Source: Spirochaetia bacterium
GTDB lineage: Bacteria; Spirochaetota; Spirochaetia; UBA9216
Length of the DNA stretch: 64,000 nt
Direction of reading: 5' to 3'
Assembly (NCBI GenBank): GCA_963677925.2
Contig: CAXXYH010000003.1
Location: 1,632,001-1,696,000 of the forward strand
In this document: piece after piece, positions 20,013-28,925 of the stretch
Position numbering within the stretch: the first letter of the stretch is position 1
Layout of the letters: the number at the start of each line of letters is the position of its first letter
Translations under genes and position numbers: made by a program
The notes under the pieces: generated by a model
Seen by the model: only the letters and a program-made list of their open reading frames with translations
Databases searched by the model: none
What the model was told of the DNA's origin: nothing

Positions 20013-21263
20013 TTAGCCTTTGTTATAGTCTTTAACCGCGTTCAGCATAGCAATGACATTCTTTACAGGGGTCATTGCCTGAATATTATGAATGGAGCTG
20101 AATACAAAGCCCCCCCCCTTCCCGAAGATTCTGCATGTTTGAAGAACCTCATCATATACTTCTTTTTCAGTTCCGAATGGTAGAGTCCCCTGCGTATCGA
20201 CTCCGCCTCCCCAAAAAACCAGATCCATCCCATATTTTGATTTCAGCTCGGACCTTTCCATCCCAGCAGCTGTCCACTGCACTGGATTTAGAATATCAAA
20301 TCCGGCTTTTATGAAATTACTTATAAAAGGCTCAACAGCTCCGCATGAATGTTTAAATGTCTTCCAGCCGGTATTTTCATGTACCCATTTATTAATACGT
20401 TTATGATATGGCATATAAAGTTCTTCATAAGCAGCCGGAGAACAGATCGGCCCAATCTGTGTACCAAAATCTGTTCCGCAAATATATACGGAGTCGATAT
20501 TATCACCTAACAGTTCATGAATTTCCTTTAAATTCTGGAGAGCAACAGTAGTCTGATAGTCAAAGACCTTATGAAGATAATCAGGATAAAGCAAGGTTGA
20601 AGTATACCAGTCCTCAATACCTCTTATTCCTCGCGGATTCTCAAGCATAGTTGCAGGTACCATTGAAATATCTCCAATGGCGGTTCCGCCGAAGCTTCCT
20701 ACCTGCCATTTTGAGTGATCCTGACTTTCCATAGCATTTTTATAGTAATTGAGGGTGTCATCAGATATAAGCGTAAATTCTTCAACATTGTCCTCCCAAT
20801 TCATATTGCCTTCATCCAGGCTAGCAGACCTGTGGGTAGCGTCAAAGAAGTAGCTATTTTCCGGCATATATCCTGAGGCTGGATAATCTCTATTCCCCTT
20901 TGCATATGAAAGATACCCCCCCCCAGATCTTTCTTCAAAAATTAAATCACCTGAAATCAGGACTTCCTGATCCCAAGGAGTACACCACTGCTTCCAATTA
21001 TCCTGAGAGGTTCCAAACATGTTGTAAGGACTCCAGAATGCTTCTGTATCAATTCCCATTGCATCCTTAAGATCCTCATCAATCATGCCTAGCATCTGGT
21101 AGGGGCAGCTTATCTTGACTGGCCTTCTTTCAAGGCCATAGAATTCACGAAGCCCTTCCACCACTGAGCAGTGTATACCTGTAACCGGATTACCCCCAAA
21201 ATCTATAGGTAATGCGTCTTCAATATGTGAAACCGCCTTTCTGGTTCTTTCTTTAGAATTCAT
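20013..21263 (-). CDS. uroporphyrinogen decarboxylase / MtaA-CmuA-like (URO-D superfamily) protein
   Basis: TDFGTQ, KHSCG, GFDILNPVQ, FWGGGVDTQ.TLPFGT, GGFVF..IHNIQ. Confidence 0.82.
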   Translation of the reverse strand: MNSKERTRKAVSHIEDALPIDFGGNPVTGIHCSVVEGLREFYGLERRPVKISCPYQMLGMIDEDLKDAMGIDTEAFWSPYNMFGTSQDNWKQWCTPWDQEVLISGDLIFEERSGGGYLSYAKGNRDYPASGYMPENSYFFDATHRSASLDEGNMNWEDNVEEFTLISDDTLNYYKNAMESQDHSKWQVGSFGGTAIGDISMVPATMLENPRGIRGIEDWYTSTLLYPDYLHKVFDYQTTVALQNLKEIHELLGDNIDSVYICGTDFGTQIGPICSPAAYEELYMPYHKRINKWVHENTGWKTFKHSCGAVEPFISNFIKAGFDILNPVQWTAAGMERSELKSKYGMDLVFWGGGVDTQGTLPFGTEKEVYDEVLQTCRIFGKGGGFVFSSIHNIQAMTPVKNVIAMLNAVKDYNKG

Positions 21264-21562
21264 GCATTTCTCCGTTAAACGTGTAGTTTCCTGTATATTC
21301 TTAATTGGTTCACGCAGTTTACTTATATTGAGGCCGAAATTTTAATATGTCAAGTTTTTTTGAATAATTTAACTCATTTTTTGTGATATTTAGCGTTTCA
21401 AATCCATATGCTTGAAATTTATATAAAATTTTTCAAATTTTTTGTATTTTTATATCTCAAAATCCCACTGATTGAAAATACTTGACTTACCGATTGTTAA
21501 TGTTATTCTTAAATTACATCCTGATTATACTTGAAATATACCAACTTCCCGGAGACTTGATT

Positions 21563-22648
21563 ATGAGTGATCAGATTAAAAGCGGCAATCCCGGTTCCGG
21601 ACAGAGAAAACCGAGAGTAGCATCAATCGGCGGCGGAATGATTGGCCAGGTTCATGCACGTTCAGCAAAAAAAGCGGCAAACTGCGACTACATTGCTCTC
21701 TGTGATGCGAATCCGGCAAGAAGGGCACTGGCAGACGAACTGGGAATAAAATTCTACACCGATTACCATGAGATGATTCAGAAAGAAAATCTCGATGGAG
21801 TGATTATTGCCCTGCCAAATGATATGCACAGGGAAAGCGGCTGCTACTGCGCCGGGCAGGGACTTCATATCATGATGGAAAAACCGATTGCCTCTGATGT
21901 TGATGATGCAAAGGCCATTGTAGAAAGCGCCAGTAAAAACAGCATCAGACTGATAGTCGCTCATCACCGCAGGTTTAATCCTCTTATTGAGGAAACCAGA
22001 AACATCATTCAGCGGGGAGAACTCGGTAAAATAGTAGGAATCAACATTCTCTGGTGCATGTACAAGCCCGATGAATACTTCGAAACCGGAACATGGCGCC
22101 GACAGAAAGGAGGCGGTCCTCTTCTCATAAATACAATACACGAAGTGGACGTACTCAGATATGTATACGGTGAAGTCGGGCGGGTGTATGCAGAACTCAG
22201 CAACAAGATCCGCGGCTTTGAGGTGGAAGACACAGTAAGCATCTCTCTGCGATTCAAAGACGGAACACCTGCAAGCATACTGATGTCGGATGCAGCCCCC
22301 TCCCTGTGGGGATATGAATCCAATATGGGTGAGAATCCCTTCTTTGCACCGACCAGGGGCAACATCTATCATTTCCTGGGGACAGAAGCCTCGCTCACCT
22401 TTCCCGGAATGCAGAAGGTCTATTATGCAGATCCGGACAAAAAAGGCTGGCAGTACCCGCTTACAACAGAAGTCCTGAATATCCAGAAAGCAGATCCCTA
22501 CCCCAGACAGATCGAACACTTCTGCAGGGTTATCCTGGGCGAAGAGAAACCCAGAACAAGCGGCGAAGACGGACTGAGGACCCTGGAGGTCACGATGGCC
22601 CTTGCAGAATCAGGCAGGACAGGCCTGCCTGTGGAAATACAGTACTGA
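21563..22648 (+). CDS. Gfo/Idh/MocA-family NAD(P)-dependent oxidoreductase
   Basis: IGGGMIG, MEKP, HHRRFNP, GGGPLLINTIHEVD; start moved to ATG 21563 after GGAG. Confidence 0.9.
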   Translation: MSDQIKSGNPGSGQRKPRVASIGGGMIGQVHARSAKKAANCDYIALCDANPARRALADELGIKFYTDYHEMIQKENLDGVIIALPNDMHRESGCYCAGQGLHIMMEKPIASDVDDAKAIVESASKNSIRLIVAHHRRFNPLIEETRNIIQRGELGKIVGINILWCMYKPDEYFETGTWRRQKGGGPLLINTIHEVDVLRYVYGEVGRVYAELSNKIRGFEVEDTVSISLRFKDGTPASILMSDAAPSLWGYESNMGENPFFAPTRGNIYHFLGTEASLTFPGMQKVYYADPDKKGWQYPLTTEVLNIQKADPYPRQIEHFCRVILGEEKPRTSGEDGLRTLEVTMALAESGRTGLPVEIQY

Positions 22649-22753
22649 CCGGAAAACCCATTTTTCTGTTTAATTAGAATTATCTGAAATATAGTTAAAA
22701 TTGAGGACGAAACATTCTCAATTTTAATAATTGATCTAAAGGAAGATTGCTGA

Positions 22754-23395
22754 ATGATCGTAAAAGACAATGTATATATGCTTGAAGCTTGCAGAAAATC
22801 TATACAGTATGGTCAGCTGACAGCAAGCAGCATGGTATATGCTGCGGTTGAAGAAGACAGTATCACCCTTATTGACAGCGGATTCCCTTCATTCGCCGAT
22901 GAGATAATGGGAGAACTTAGCCTGATCGGTGAAGGCAAACCGCTTAAAAGAATTCTTTTAACCCATGCAGATGTTGACCACATAGGGAATGCGCATGAGA
23001 TGCAGCAAAAAACAGGATGTTCAGTATACATATCCAATTATGAACTTCCATATATATACTCAGGTAAGAGACGATTCGGACAAAAGCAGCAGATGTATGA
23101 AGATCTTTTAACAGGAGTACCGGAACTAAGAACATACTCAGATGACAAAGTTGATGATTTTACAGTTATACCTACCCCGGGGCATTCCGGTGGTCATGTC
23201 TGCATATTATATAAAGATTTACTTTTTCCCGGAGACCTTTGTTCCTTTGTTGATGGAACGTTCAAGGGACCAAATCCTATGTGGACCGAAGATATGCCGA
23301 AAGCAATTGAATCCCTTCAGAAATTAAGCGAATATTCATTTTCACTTATATGCCCTGCTCACGGAATCCCCACAGAACGAAAGTCTTATTTATGA
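22754..23395 (+). CDS. MBL-fold metallo-hydrolase
   Basis: LIDSG, THADVDH, PGHSGGH, PGD, PAHG. Confidence 0.85.
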   Translation: MIVKDNVYMLEACRKSIQYGQLTASSMVYAAVEEDSITLIDSGFPSFADEIMGELSLIGEGKPLKRILLTHADVDHIGNAHEMQQKTGCSVYISNYELPYIYSGKRRFGQKQQMYEDLLTGVPELRTYSDDKVDDFTVIPTPGHSGGHVCILYKDLLFPGDLCSFVDGTFKGPNPMWTEDMPKAIESLQKLSEYSFSLICPAHGIPTERKSYL

Positions 23396-23410
23396 TTTAT
23401 TTGAGAAAAT

Positions 23411-23450
23411 AAAAAAGGCTATACCTGCAAATTGAATGCAGATATAGCCT
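23411..23450 (-). terminator. intrinsic terminator between convergent MBL and TRAP genes
   Basis: AGGCTATACCTGCA...TGCAGATATAGCCT stem with A6 on the left (U-tract on the minus strand). Confidence 0.65.
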
Positions 23451-23487
23451 CGTATGAACCGTATTTATATACTTATTTATAGTTTAT

Positions 23488-24774
23488 TTATTTTATTAAA
23501 TTCGTCAAAAGCAGCACACTTTGCGGTACATAGGTGATAATGGCAAGCGCTAATAGCAGCATTCCTATTAACGGCATACTTTCCCGAATCATCTCTTTAA
23601 GAGAGATTTTCCCTACTCCGGCCGTTATAAACAGCAGCATTCCAAAAGGCGGAGTCATAAGTCCGATCATCATGTTAAGCACAATTACAACACCGAAATG
23701 AACAGGATCGATACCATATACCTGCAGAAGAGGCAGAACCATCGGGACAACAACAAGCATTGATACATTCACATCAATTAGACATCCAAGTATCAGAAAA
23801 ACAAGATTTACAATCAGAAGAAATGTAGCCGGACTTGAAATAAAACCGGTCATTGCCTGAACAACATATTTTGAAATGTTTTCACTTGTCACGATAAATG
23901 AGAAACCATATGCACCGGCAATAACAAGAAATATCGAACCTGTTGTCCTGAGTGTGTTAATTATAATTTTCCCAAGAGTTTTAAAACTCAGCGTCCGGTA
24001 AACCAGAAAGGCAATTATAAGTGTATAAGCCGCAGCTATGGCGGCAGCTTCTGTCGGAGTCACTATTCCTGAATATATTCCAACCAGAAGAATCACAGGA
24101 GTCAAAAGTGCCGGCAGTGCTTTAGCCGTACTGCTTAGAAAATGCTTAAACGAAACTCTTTCTCCAACAGGATATTTGCGCTTTTTAGAAATGAAATACA
24201 CATATATTCCTATTACTATGCACAGTATTATTGCGGGAATCATTCCGCCCAGGAACAGCTTTCCAACTGAAGCATTTGAAAGCATCGCATATACAACAAA
24301 TGGTATCGAGGGGGGGAATATCGGCCCTATAACTGAAGTAGCTCCGGTTATCGCACATGAAAACGGAACATCATATCCTTCCTTTTTCATTTGTGATATT
24401 TCCAGGACGCCTAATCCTGAGGCATCAGCAACAGCGCTTCCGGTCATACCGGCAAAAACCAGTGATGCTAAAATATTAACATACCCGGTTGCTCCCGGTC
24501 TTGGACCAATAAGAGCCCTGCAGAAATCAAAAATCTTATCAGTTACCGCACTGGAGTTCATCACATTCGCTGTAAAAACAAAGAGCGGTATTGCTATCAG
24601 AACAAATGTACCTATCAGATTATAACCGATAGTATTAAATAAAGCGCTCAGGCTTAATCCTTTTGCCAGGAAATATGCTACCGAACCGATTATCATGCCG
24701 TAGCCAATTGGCATCCGGATTATAAAGGCTATAATCAAAATTGCAAATGGAATCAGTACATACCAGCTCGTCAT
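23488..24774 (-). CDS. dctM: TRAP transporter large permease (DctM)
   Basis: LIAIPLF, GMTGSAVAD, PPSIP, TPTEAA, GIDPVHFG, IGLMTPPFG. Confidence 0.93.
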   Translation of the reverse strand: MTSWYVLIPFAILIIAFIIRMPIGYGMIIGSVAYFLAKGLSLSALFNTIGYNLIGTFVLIAIPLFVFTANVMNSSAVTDKIFDFCRALIGPRPGATGYVNILASLVFAGMTGSAVADASGLGVLEISQMKKEGYDVPFSCAITGATSVIGPIFPPSIPFVVYAMLSNASVGKLFLGGMIPAIILCIVIGIYVYFISKKRKYPVGERVSFKHFLSSTAKALPALLTPVILLVGIYSGIVTPTEAAAIAAAYTLIIAFLVYRTLSFKTLGKIIINTLRTTGSIFLVIAGAYGFSFIVTSENISKYVVQAMTGFISSPATFLLIVNLVFLILGCLIDVNVSMLVVVPMVLPLLQVYGIDPVHFGVVIVLNMMIGLMTPPFGMLLFITAGVGKISLKEMIRESMPLIGMLLLALAIITYVPQSVLLLTNLIK

Positions 24775-25301
24775 ATTAACATCTCCTGAGTGTCATCGTC
24801 GTTATACCTTTGCAAATAAGTTTTGTCTTTCAATGATATAATGTCCATTACAAACCTGTACCCGGACCTTATAACTGCTGATATAAACAAAATAGGGATA
24901 GATGCAAAAATTATATTTTGGGGTATTTTCATCTCCGGCGTTACTGCAGGAAGATTCCAGACATATCTAACAGCAAATGGTATTGCTATTGATATACCTA
25001 TCACCACAAGTGCATTTGAGATAAGGCGAAGAATATTTTTGCCTTTTCCTCCAAGTGCGCTGTAAAACAAATCAAAGACCACAAGGTCTTCATATTTGTG
25101 TGCCACACAGGCACTTAATAGCCCGATAATCATAAAAGCGTTTGAAATAAATTCCTGTGCCCAATGCTGGGAATTTCGAAATATATAACGCATTACAACA
25201 TTAAAAACAAATATCAGAAACATAACTATAAATAATGTTCCCGGAATAGATATCTCAAAAAAGTCAGCAACCCTGCGGCCGACTTTTTTTAAAAAATTCA
25301 T
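24771..25301 (-). CDS. dctQ: TRAP transporter small permease (DctQ)
   Basis: 4 TM, VVMRYIF...WAQE; lies between dctP and dctM; start moved to ATG 25301 after AGGAG. Confidence 0.85.
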   Translation of the reverse strand: MNFLKKVGRRVADFFEISIPGTLFIVMFLIFVFNVVMRYIFRNSQHWAQEFISNAFMIIGLLSACVAHKYEDLVVFDLFYSALGGKGKNILRLISNALVVIGISIAIPFAVRYVWNLPAVTPEMKIPQNIIFASIPILFISAVIRSGYRFVMDIISLKDKTYLQRYNDDDTQEMLI

Positions 25302-25480
25302 AATTATCTCCTTTATCAACAAAACCCTTTATTGAAAATAAATTAGATGGAGGCCGCTTTGCGGCACACATAAGTTCAGGATTGTTAGTCGGCAGGTTAA
25401 AAAAGAAGGTCAGATGAGAATATTTCATACATCTGTTTATAGCTACCGTAAAACCCATAATCAGCGGTTTTTAATATAGC

Positions 25481-25505
25481 ATGGGTACCGCTAAGCGGCA
25501 CCCAT
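25481..25505 (-). other. stem-loop just after dctP
   Basis: Minus strand ATGGGTGCCGC-TTA-GCGGTACCCAT with one G-U pair. Confidence 0.55.
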
Positions 25506-25518
25506 AATTTTAATTTGT

Positions 25519-26517
25519 TTATTCGGCAAGCTCTACAAGAGCATTATAGAGATCCATATCCCAGTCTTCCATAAGATTGTTGTCTATATAGTACTGATGT
25601 GAATATTCAGCAAATGCGTCGATGTCCGCTTCTGTAACTATCAGGCCGTAATCAGTCATGATTTTAAGGTTGGCTGCTTCTCCGTCGATGGTGGCCTTTG
25701 TTCCCTGTGCTCCGCCATATGCAGCGGCTTCCCTTATCCAGCCCTGCTGCTGTTCATCAAGAGAATTCCACAGTTTATCGGATATACCTATAAGAATTAC
25801 ATTTACCAGGTGATTAGTCTTGGAAATCTGTTTTGTTACTTCATAGAATTTCATAGCCACATCGCCGGCATAGGGGTTATCCTGGCCATCAACAAGACCG
25901 GACTGTAATGCTGCGTACAATTCCGCATATGCTACAGATACAATATTTGCACCAAGAGATTCGCCCATGCTTGTCCATGCTGCGCCGCCAGGCATACGGA
26001 GATTAAAACCTTCAAGGTCGGCCGGGGTAACTATAGGATCTTCAAATCTTGAATTAATAGTTCGCACTCCCTGTGTCATATACCCGATTATGGTTACGCC
26101 GGTCTTTTCTGAAACTTCATCATACCAGGACTGAATAGCCTTTGATGTAAAAATTTTATCCATGTGCTCATAGCTTCTTATAACATAGGGTGCTGTAAAC
26201 ATAGCAGAAGAAGGTACGTATGCGGCAATATCCTGAAATGCAACGTTTGACATTGGAAGATCTCCGCTCATCATGGCAGTGAAAGCTCCATCCTGAGTAA
26301 ACAGTGAGCCGCTTGCATATGTCTCAACGGTGATAGTACCTCCTGAAAGCTCTGCAACTTTATCGGCAAATGCATGCATCGTGATTCCCTGAGGAGTCTG
26401 ATCGTTTTCCAGAATGTTGTACTTGATTACAACCTTTCCGTCGTCCTTCTGACCTCCTGCCATTGCCATTGTCGCTATGACAAGAAGTAATCCGATTGTG
26501 AGTAAGATTTTTTTCAT
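25519..26517 (-). CDS. dctP: TRAP transporter substrate-binding protein (DctP)
   Basis: Signal peptide; DLEGFNLRMP, ELYAALQSGLVDGQDNP, KFYEV. Confidence 0.92.
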   Translation of the reverse strand: MKKILLTIGLLLVIATMAMAGGQKDDGKVVIKYNILENDQTPQGITMHAFADKVAELSGGTITVETYASGSLFTQDGAFTAMMSGDLPMSNVAFQDIAAYVPSSAMFTAPYVIRSYEHMDKIFTSKAIQSWYDEVSEKTGVTIIGYMTQGVRTINSRFEDPIVTPADLEGFNLRMPGGAAWTSMGESLGANIVSVAYAELYAALQSGLVDGQDNPYAGDVAMKFYEVTKQISKTNHLVNVILIGISDKLWNSLDEQQQGWIREAAAYGGAQGTKATIDGEAANLKIMTDYGLIVTEADIDAFAEYSHQYYIDNNLMEDWDMDLYNALVELAE

Positions 26518-26648
26518 TTTTTCCTCCTAAAATAATCCCAATAGAGCAACGCTCTATTTCATTTTAATCAAGACCTGTGATTCGGGATATGGAGAGAAAC
26601 AAAGCGGGTAGAAATAATATATCCTAAATATATTTTCAGCATAATCTC

Positions 26649-26676
26649 AGGATACCATTAATAATAGCGCTGTCAA
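26649..26676 (-). promoter_or_regulatory. sigma70 promoter of the TRAP operon
   Basis: Minus strand TTGACA-N16-TATCCT with TG extended -10 and an A-tract upstream. Confidence 0.55.
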
Positions 26677-26796
26677 GTTTTTTTGATAGGTAGTTTTTTA
26701 TCTATAGTGCATTTTCAGTATATTGCAGTTGCTATTTAAGTGCGGAATATATAATGACAGACGCTCATCGGGAAAAGATTTCTCCAATTTGTAAAG

Positions 26797-27774
26797 CTAC
26801 TTCTTTAGAAATTTATAATCAGCTTCCCTGTATCTAGGACCGGTATTCGGGTATTTTCCCAATATATCCTCTATAAAAGAAAGGTCTTCCTGAGATAATT
26901 CAATATTTACCGCTTCAACGTTCTCTTCGAGATATTTTCGGCGTTTAGTTCCCGGTATCGGTATAATATTATCACCCCTGCTTAAAACCCATGCCAGAGC
27001 AAGTTGTGCGGCTGTACAGTTTTTTGCCGCAGCTAATTCATCTAATTCAGCAGAAAGCTTCCGGTTGTTTTCCCAGTATTCACCGGCATACCGCGGCAGG
27101 TTTTTACGGAAATCATTTGTCGCTAATGATTTATCGTCGATTTTATTCGCAATCAAGCCCCGGCTCAGCGGAGCAAAGGGTATAAAGGCAATGCCCAGTT
27201 CTTTTGTAAGGGGCAGAATCTGTTCTTCTACATCCCGGGATATCAGGGAGTATTCACTTTGTACTGCCGTGATCGGATGAACGCTGTTTGCCTTTTTGAG
27301 GTCATCCGGTATGCATTCGCTGAGCCCGATGTACCTGATTTTGCCTTCCTCAATCAGCTTCGACATCGCGCCTACAGTCTCTTCAATCGGAACATCAGCT
27401 GAAATCCTGTGCACATAATACAAATCGATTGTTTCGATTTTCAGCCGGCGAAGACTATCCTCAACTGCATCTTTTAACCAGAGAGGTGAAGAATCAACAT
27501 ATGTTTGTCCGTCACGGACCCGGAATCCGAATTTGGTAGCAATAAAGATTTTATTGCGGTTCTCAGGAAGAACCCTTGAGAGTATCTGTTCATTTAAACC
27601 ATTTCCATAGATATCGGCAGTATCCCATAGATTAATACCCAGCTCAAGGGATCTATGCAGTGTCGCGATACTCTCTGCTTCATCAGCAGTTCCGTAAAAT
27701 GAACTCATTCCCATACAGCCCAATCCGACTGCAGAGATCTTTTCACCGGAATTTCCCAGCATTCTTGTTTTCAT
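26797..27774 (-). CDS. aldo/keto reductase (YakC/AKR13-like)
   Basis: GLGCMGMS, DTADIYG, IATKFG, IDLYYVHR, PIPGTKR. Confidence 0.92.
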   Translation of the reverse strand: MKTRMLGNSGEKISAVGLGCMGMSSFYGTADEAESIATLHRSLELGINLWDTADIYGNGLNEQILSRVLPENRNKIFIATKFGFRVRDGQTYVDSSPLWLKDAVEDSLRRLKIETIDLYYVHRISADVPIEETVGAMSKLIEEGKIRYIGLSECIPDDLKKANSVHPITAVQSEYSLISRDVEEQILPLTKELGIAFIPFAPLSRGLIANKIDDKSLATNDFRKNLPRYAGEYWENNRKLSAELDELAAAKNCTAAQLALAWVLSRGDNIIPIPGTKRRKYLEENVEAVNIELSQEDLSFIEDILGKYPNTGPRYREADYKFLKK

Positions 27775-27913
27775 ATACGCCTCCGTAATACTATTAATTA
27801 TACATCTTATTATTTAATAATAATATAAAAATAACGGAAGGTTAAAAATGATGGTTTTATCAGGTGTCCACTATAAAATTTCAAATTTTAATTAAGACCA
27901 ATTTTAAATTTCT

Positions 27914-28837
27914 TCAACCCTGACTCTGATTACTTAAACCTTCAAGAATTTCAAGCTGATCCGCTATCATTGAAATAGACGGCAGTTCAATACCGTTTTT
28001 TTCTGCTGCTTTAAGCGGTTTCCGGAACATGTAATCAATTTCCATCGGCCGTCCTGACTCAAAGTCAAGCTTCATACTAGGCTTATATGGAGTCATCACC
28101 CTTGTAAAATCAATCATCGGTTCAATCTGGCTTTCAGTAAGACTGCAGCCGTCAGCCCTGGCTCCCTGAACAACCTCCGACATCAGCTTTCTAACAATTG
28201 TTTCGCCCTGACGGCTGGAAAGAATATCGTTTGTAGTAGCATTCAGAACAACAGAAAGCCCGTTAAACGGAATATTCCAAAGCAGTTTACTCCATCGGGA
28301 GGTTCTCAGATCATCACTGCTTTTAAACTCAATCCCGGCTGCAATAAAATCAGCTTCAATCAGTTTCAGGATCGGCAGGTCAGCAGGATCCAGAGGTGCA
28401 GCCAGTATCGAGCCCTTATCTACATGAACAATATGCCCAGGAGCCTTCCTGAAAGAACATATAAAACACATGCCCCCCATAACTCTGGCCTCTGGGAAGG
28501 CCGTCCGCAGCTCCTCTTCCATATCAAGACCGTTTTGAAGCACAAGAATAACTGTACCGCTGTTTACCAGAGGCCGTATCAGGTCGGGAAGCTTTGAATT
28601 TGCTGTTGTTTTCAAAGAAACCAGAATAACATCGGTTTCCGGAATATCTTCAGCCTTCTTAAAAGCTGCTATTTCTTCTAATTTAAAATCACCATCTATT
28701 GACTCAATGACCATGCCTGAACTCTTAAGTTGTGCATAGTCACTTCTGGCCAGGTAATTAACCGTCAATCCGGACTGCTGCAAGCGTCCGCCGTAGTAGG
28801 AGCCTATCGCTCCGGTGCCTATAACTGTGTATCTCAT
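27914..28837 (-). CDS. panE: ketopantoate reductase (PanE/ApbA) family protein
   Basis: IGTGAIGSYYG, LQNG, WSKLLWNIPFN, SMKLD....RPME. Confidence 0.8.
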   Translation of the reverse strand: MRYTVIGTGAIGSYYGGRLQQSGLTVNYLARSDYAQLKSSGMVIESIDGDFKLEEIAAFKKAEDIPETDVILVSLKTTANSKLPDLIRPLVNSGTVILVLQNGLDMEEELRTAFPEARVMGGMCFICSFRKAPGHIVHVDKGSILAAPLDPADLPILKLIEADFIAAGIEFKSSDDLRTSRWSKLLWNIPFNGLSVVLNATTNDILSSRQGETIVRKLMSEVVQGARADGCSLTESQIEPMIDFTRVMTPYKPSMKLDFESGRPMEIDYMFRKPLKAAEKNGIELPSISMIADQLEILEGLSNQSQG

Positions 28838-28868
28838 AAAAAACCCCTCCTACTATAGCAGAAGGGGC
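28838..28868 (-). terminator. terminator-like hairpin whose 3' arm is the panE Shine-Dalgarno
   Basis: Minus strand GCCCCTTCTGC-TATA-GTAGGAGGGG-TTTTTT-ATG. Confidence 0.55.
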
Positions 28869-28925
28869 TGATTGTTTTAAGAGTATTTCAAAAGAACAGG
28901 TTAACTGCTCAACAGACCAGCAATC

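Noticed and set aside
21662-22519. 285-aa antisense ORF
   Set aside because: Lies fully opposite the clear Gfo/Idh/MocA gene, has no motifs and has the composition of a shadow ORF.
24038-24625. 195-aa plus-strand ORF, and similar ones at 40049-40609, 41580-42170, 42245-42769 and 17657-18148
   Set aside because: Antisense shadows of well-supported transporter or enzyme genes; no RBS or domain signal.
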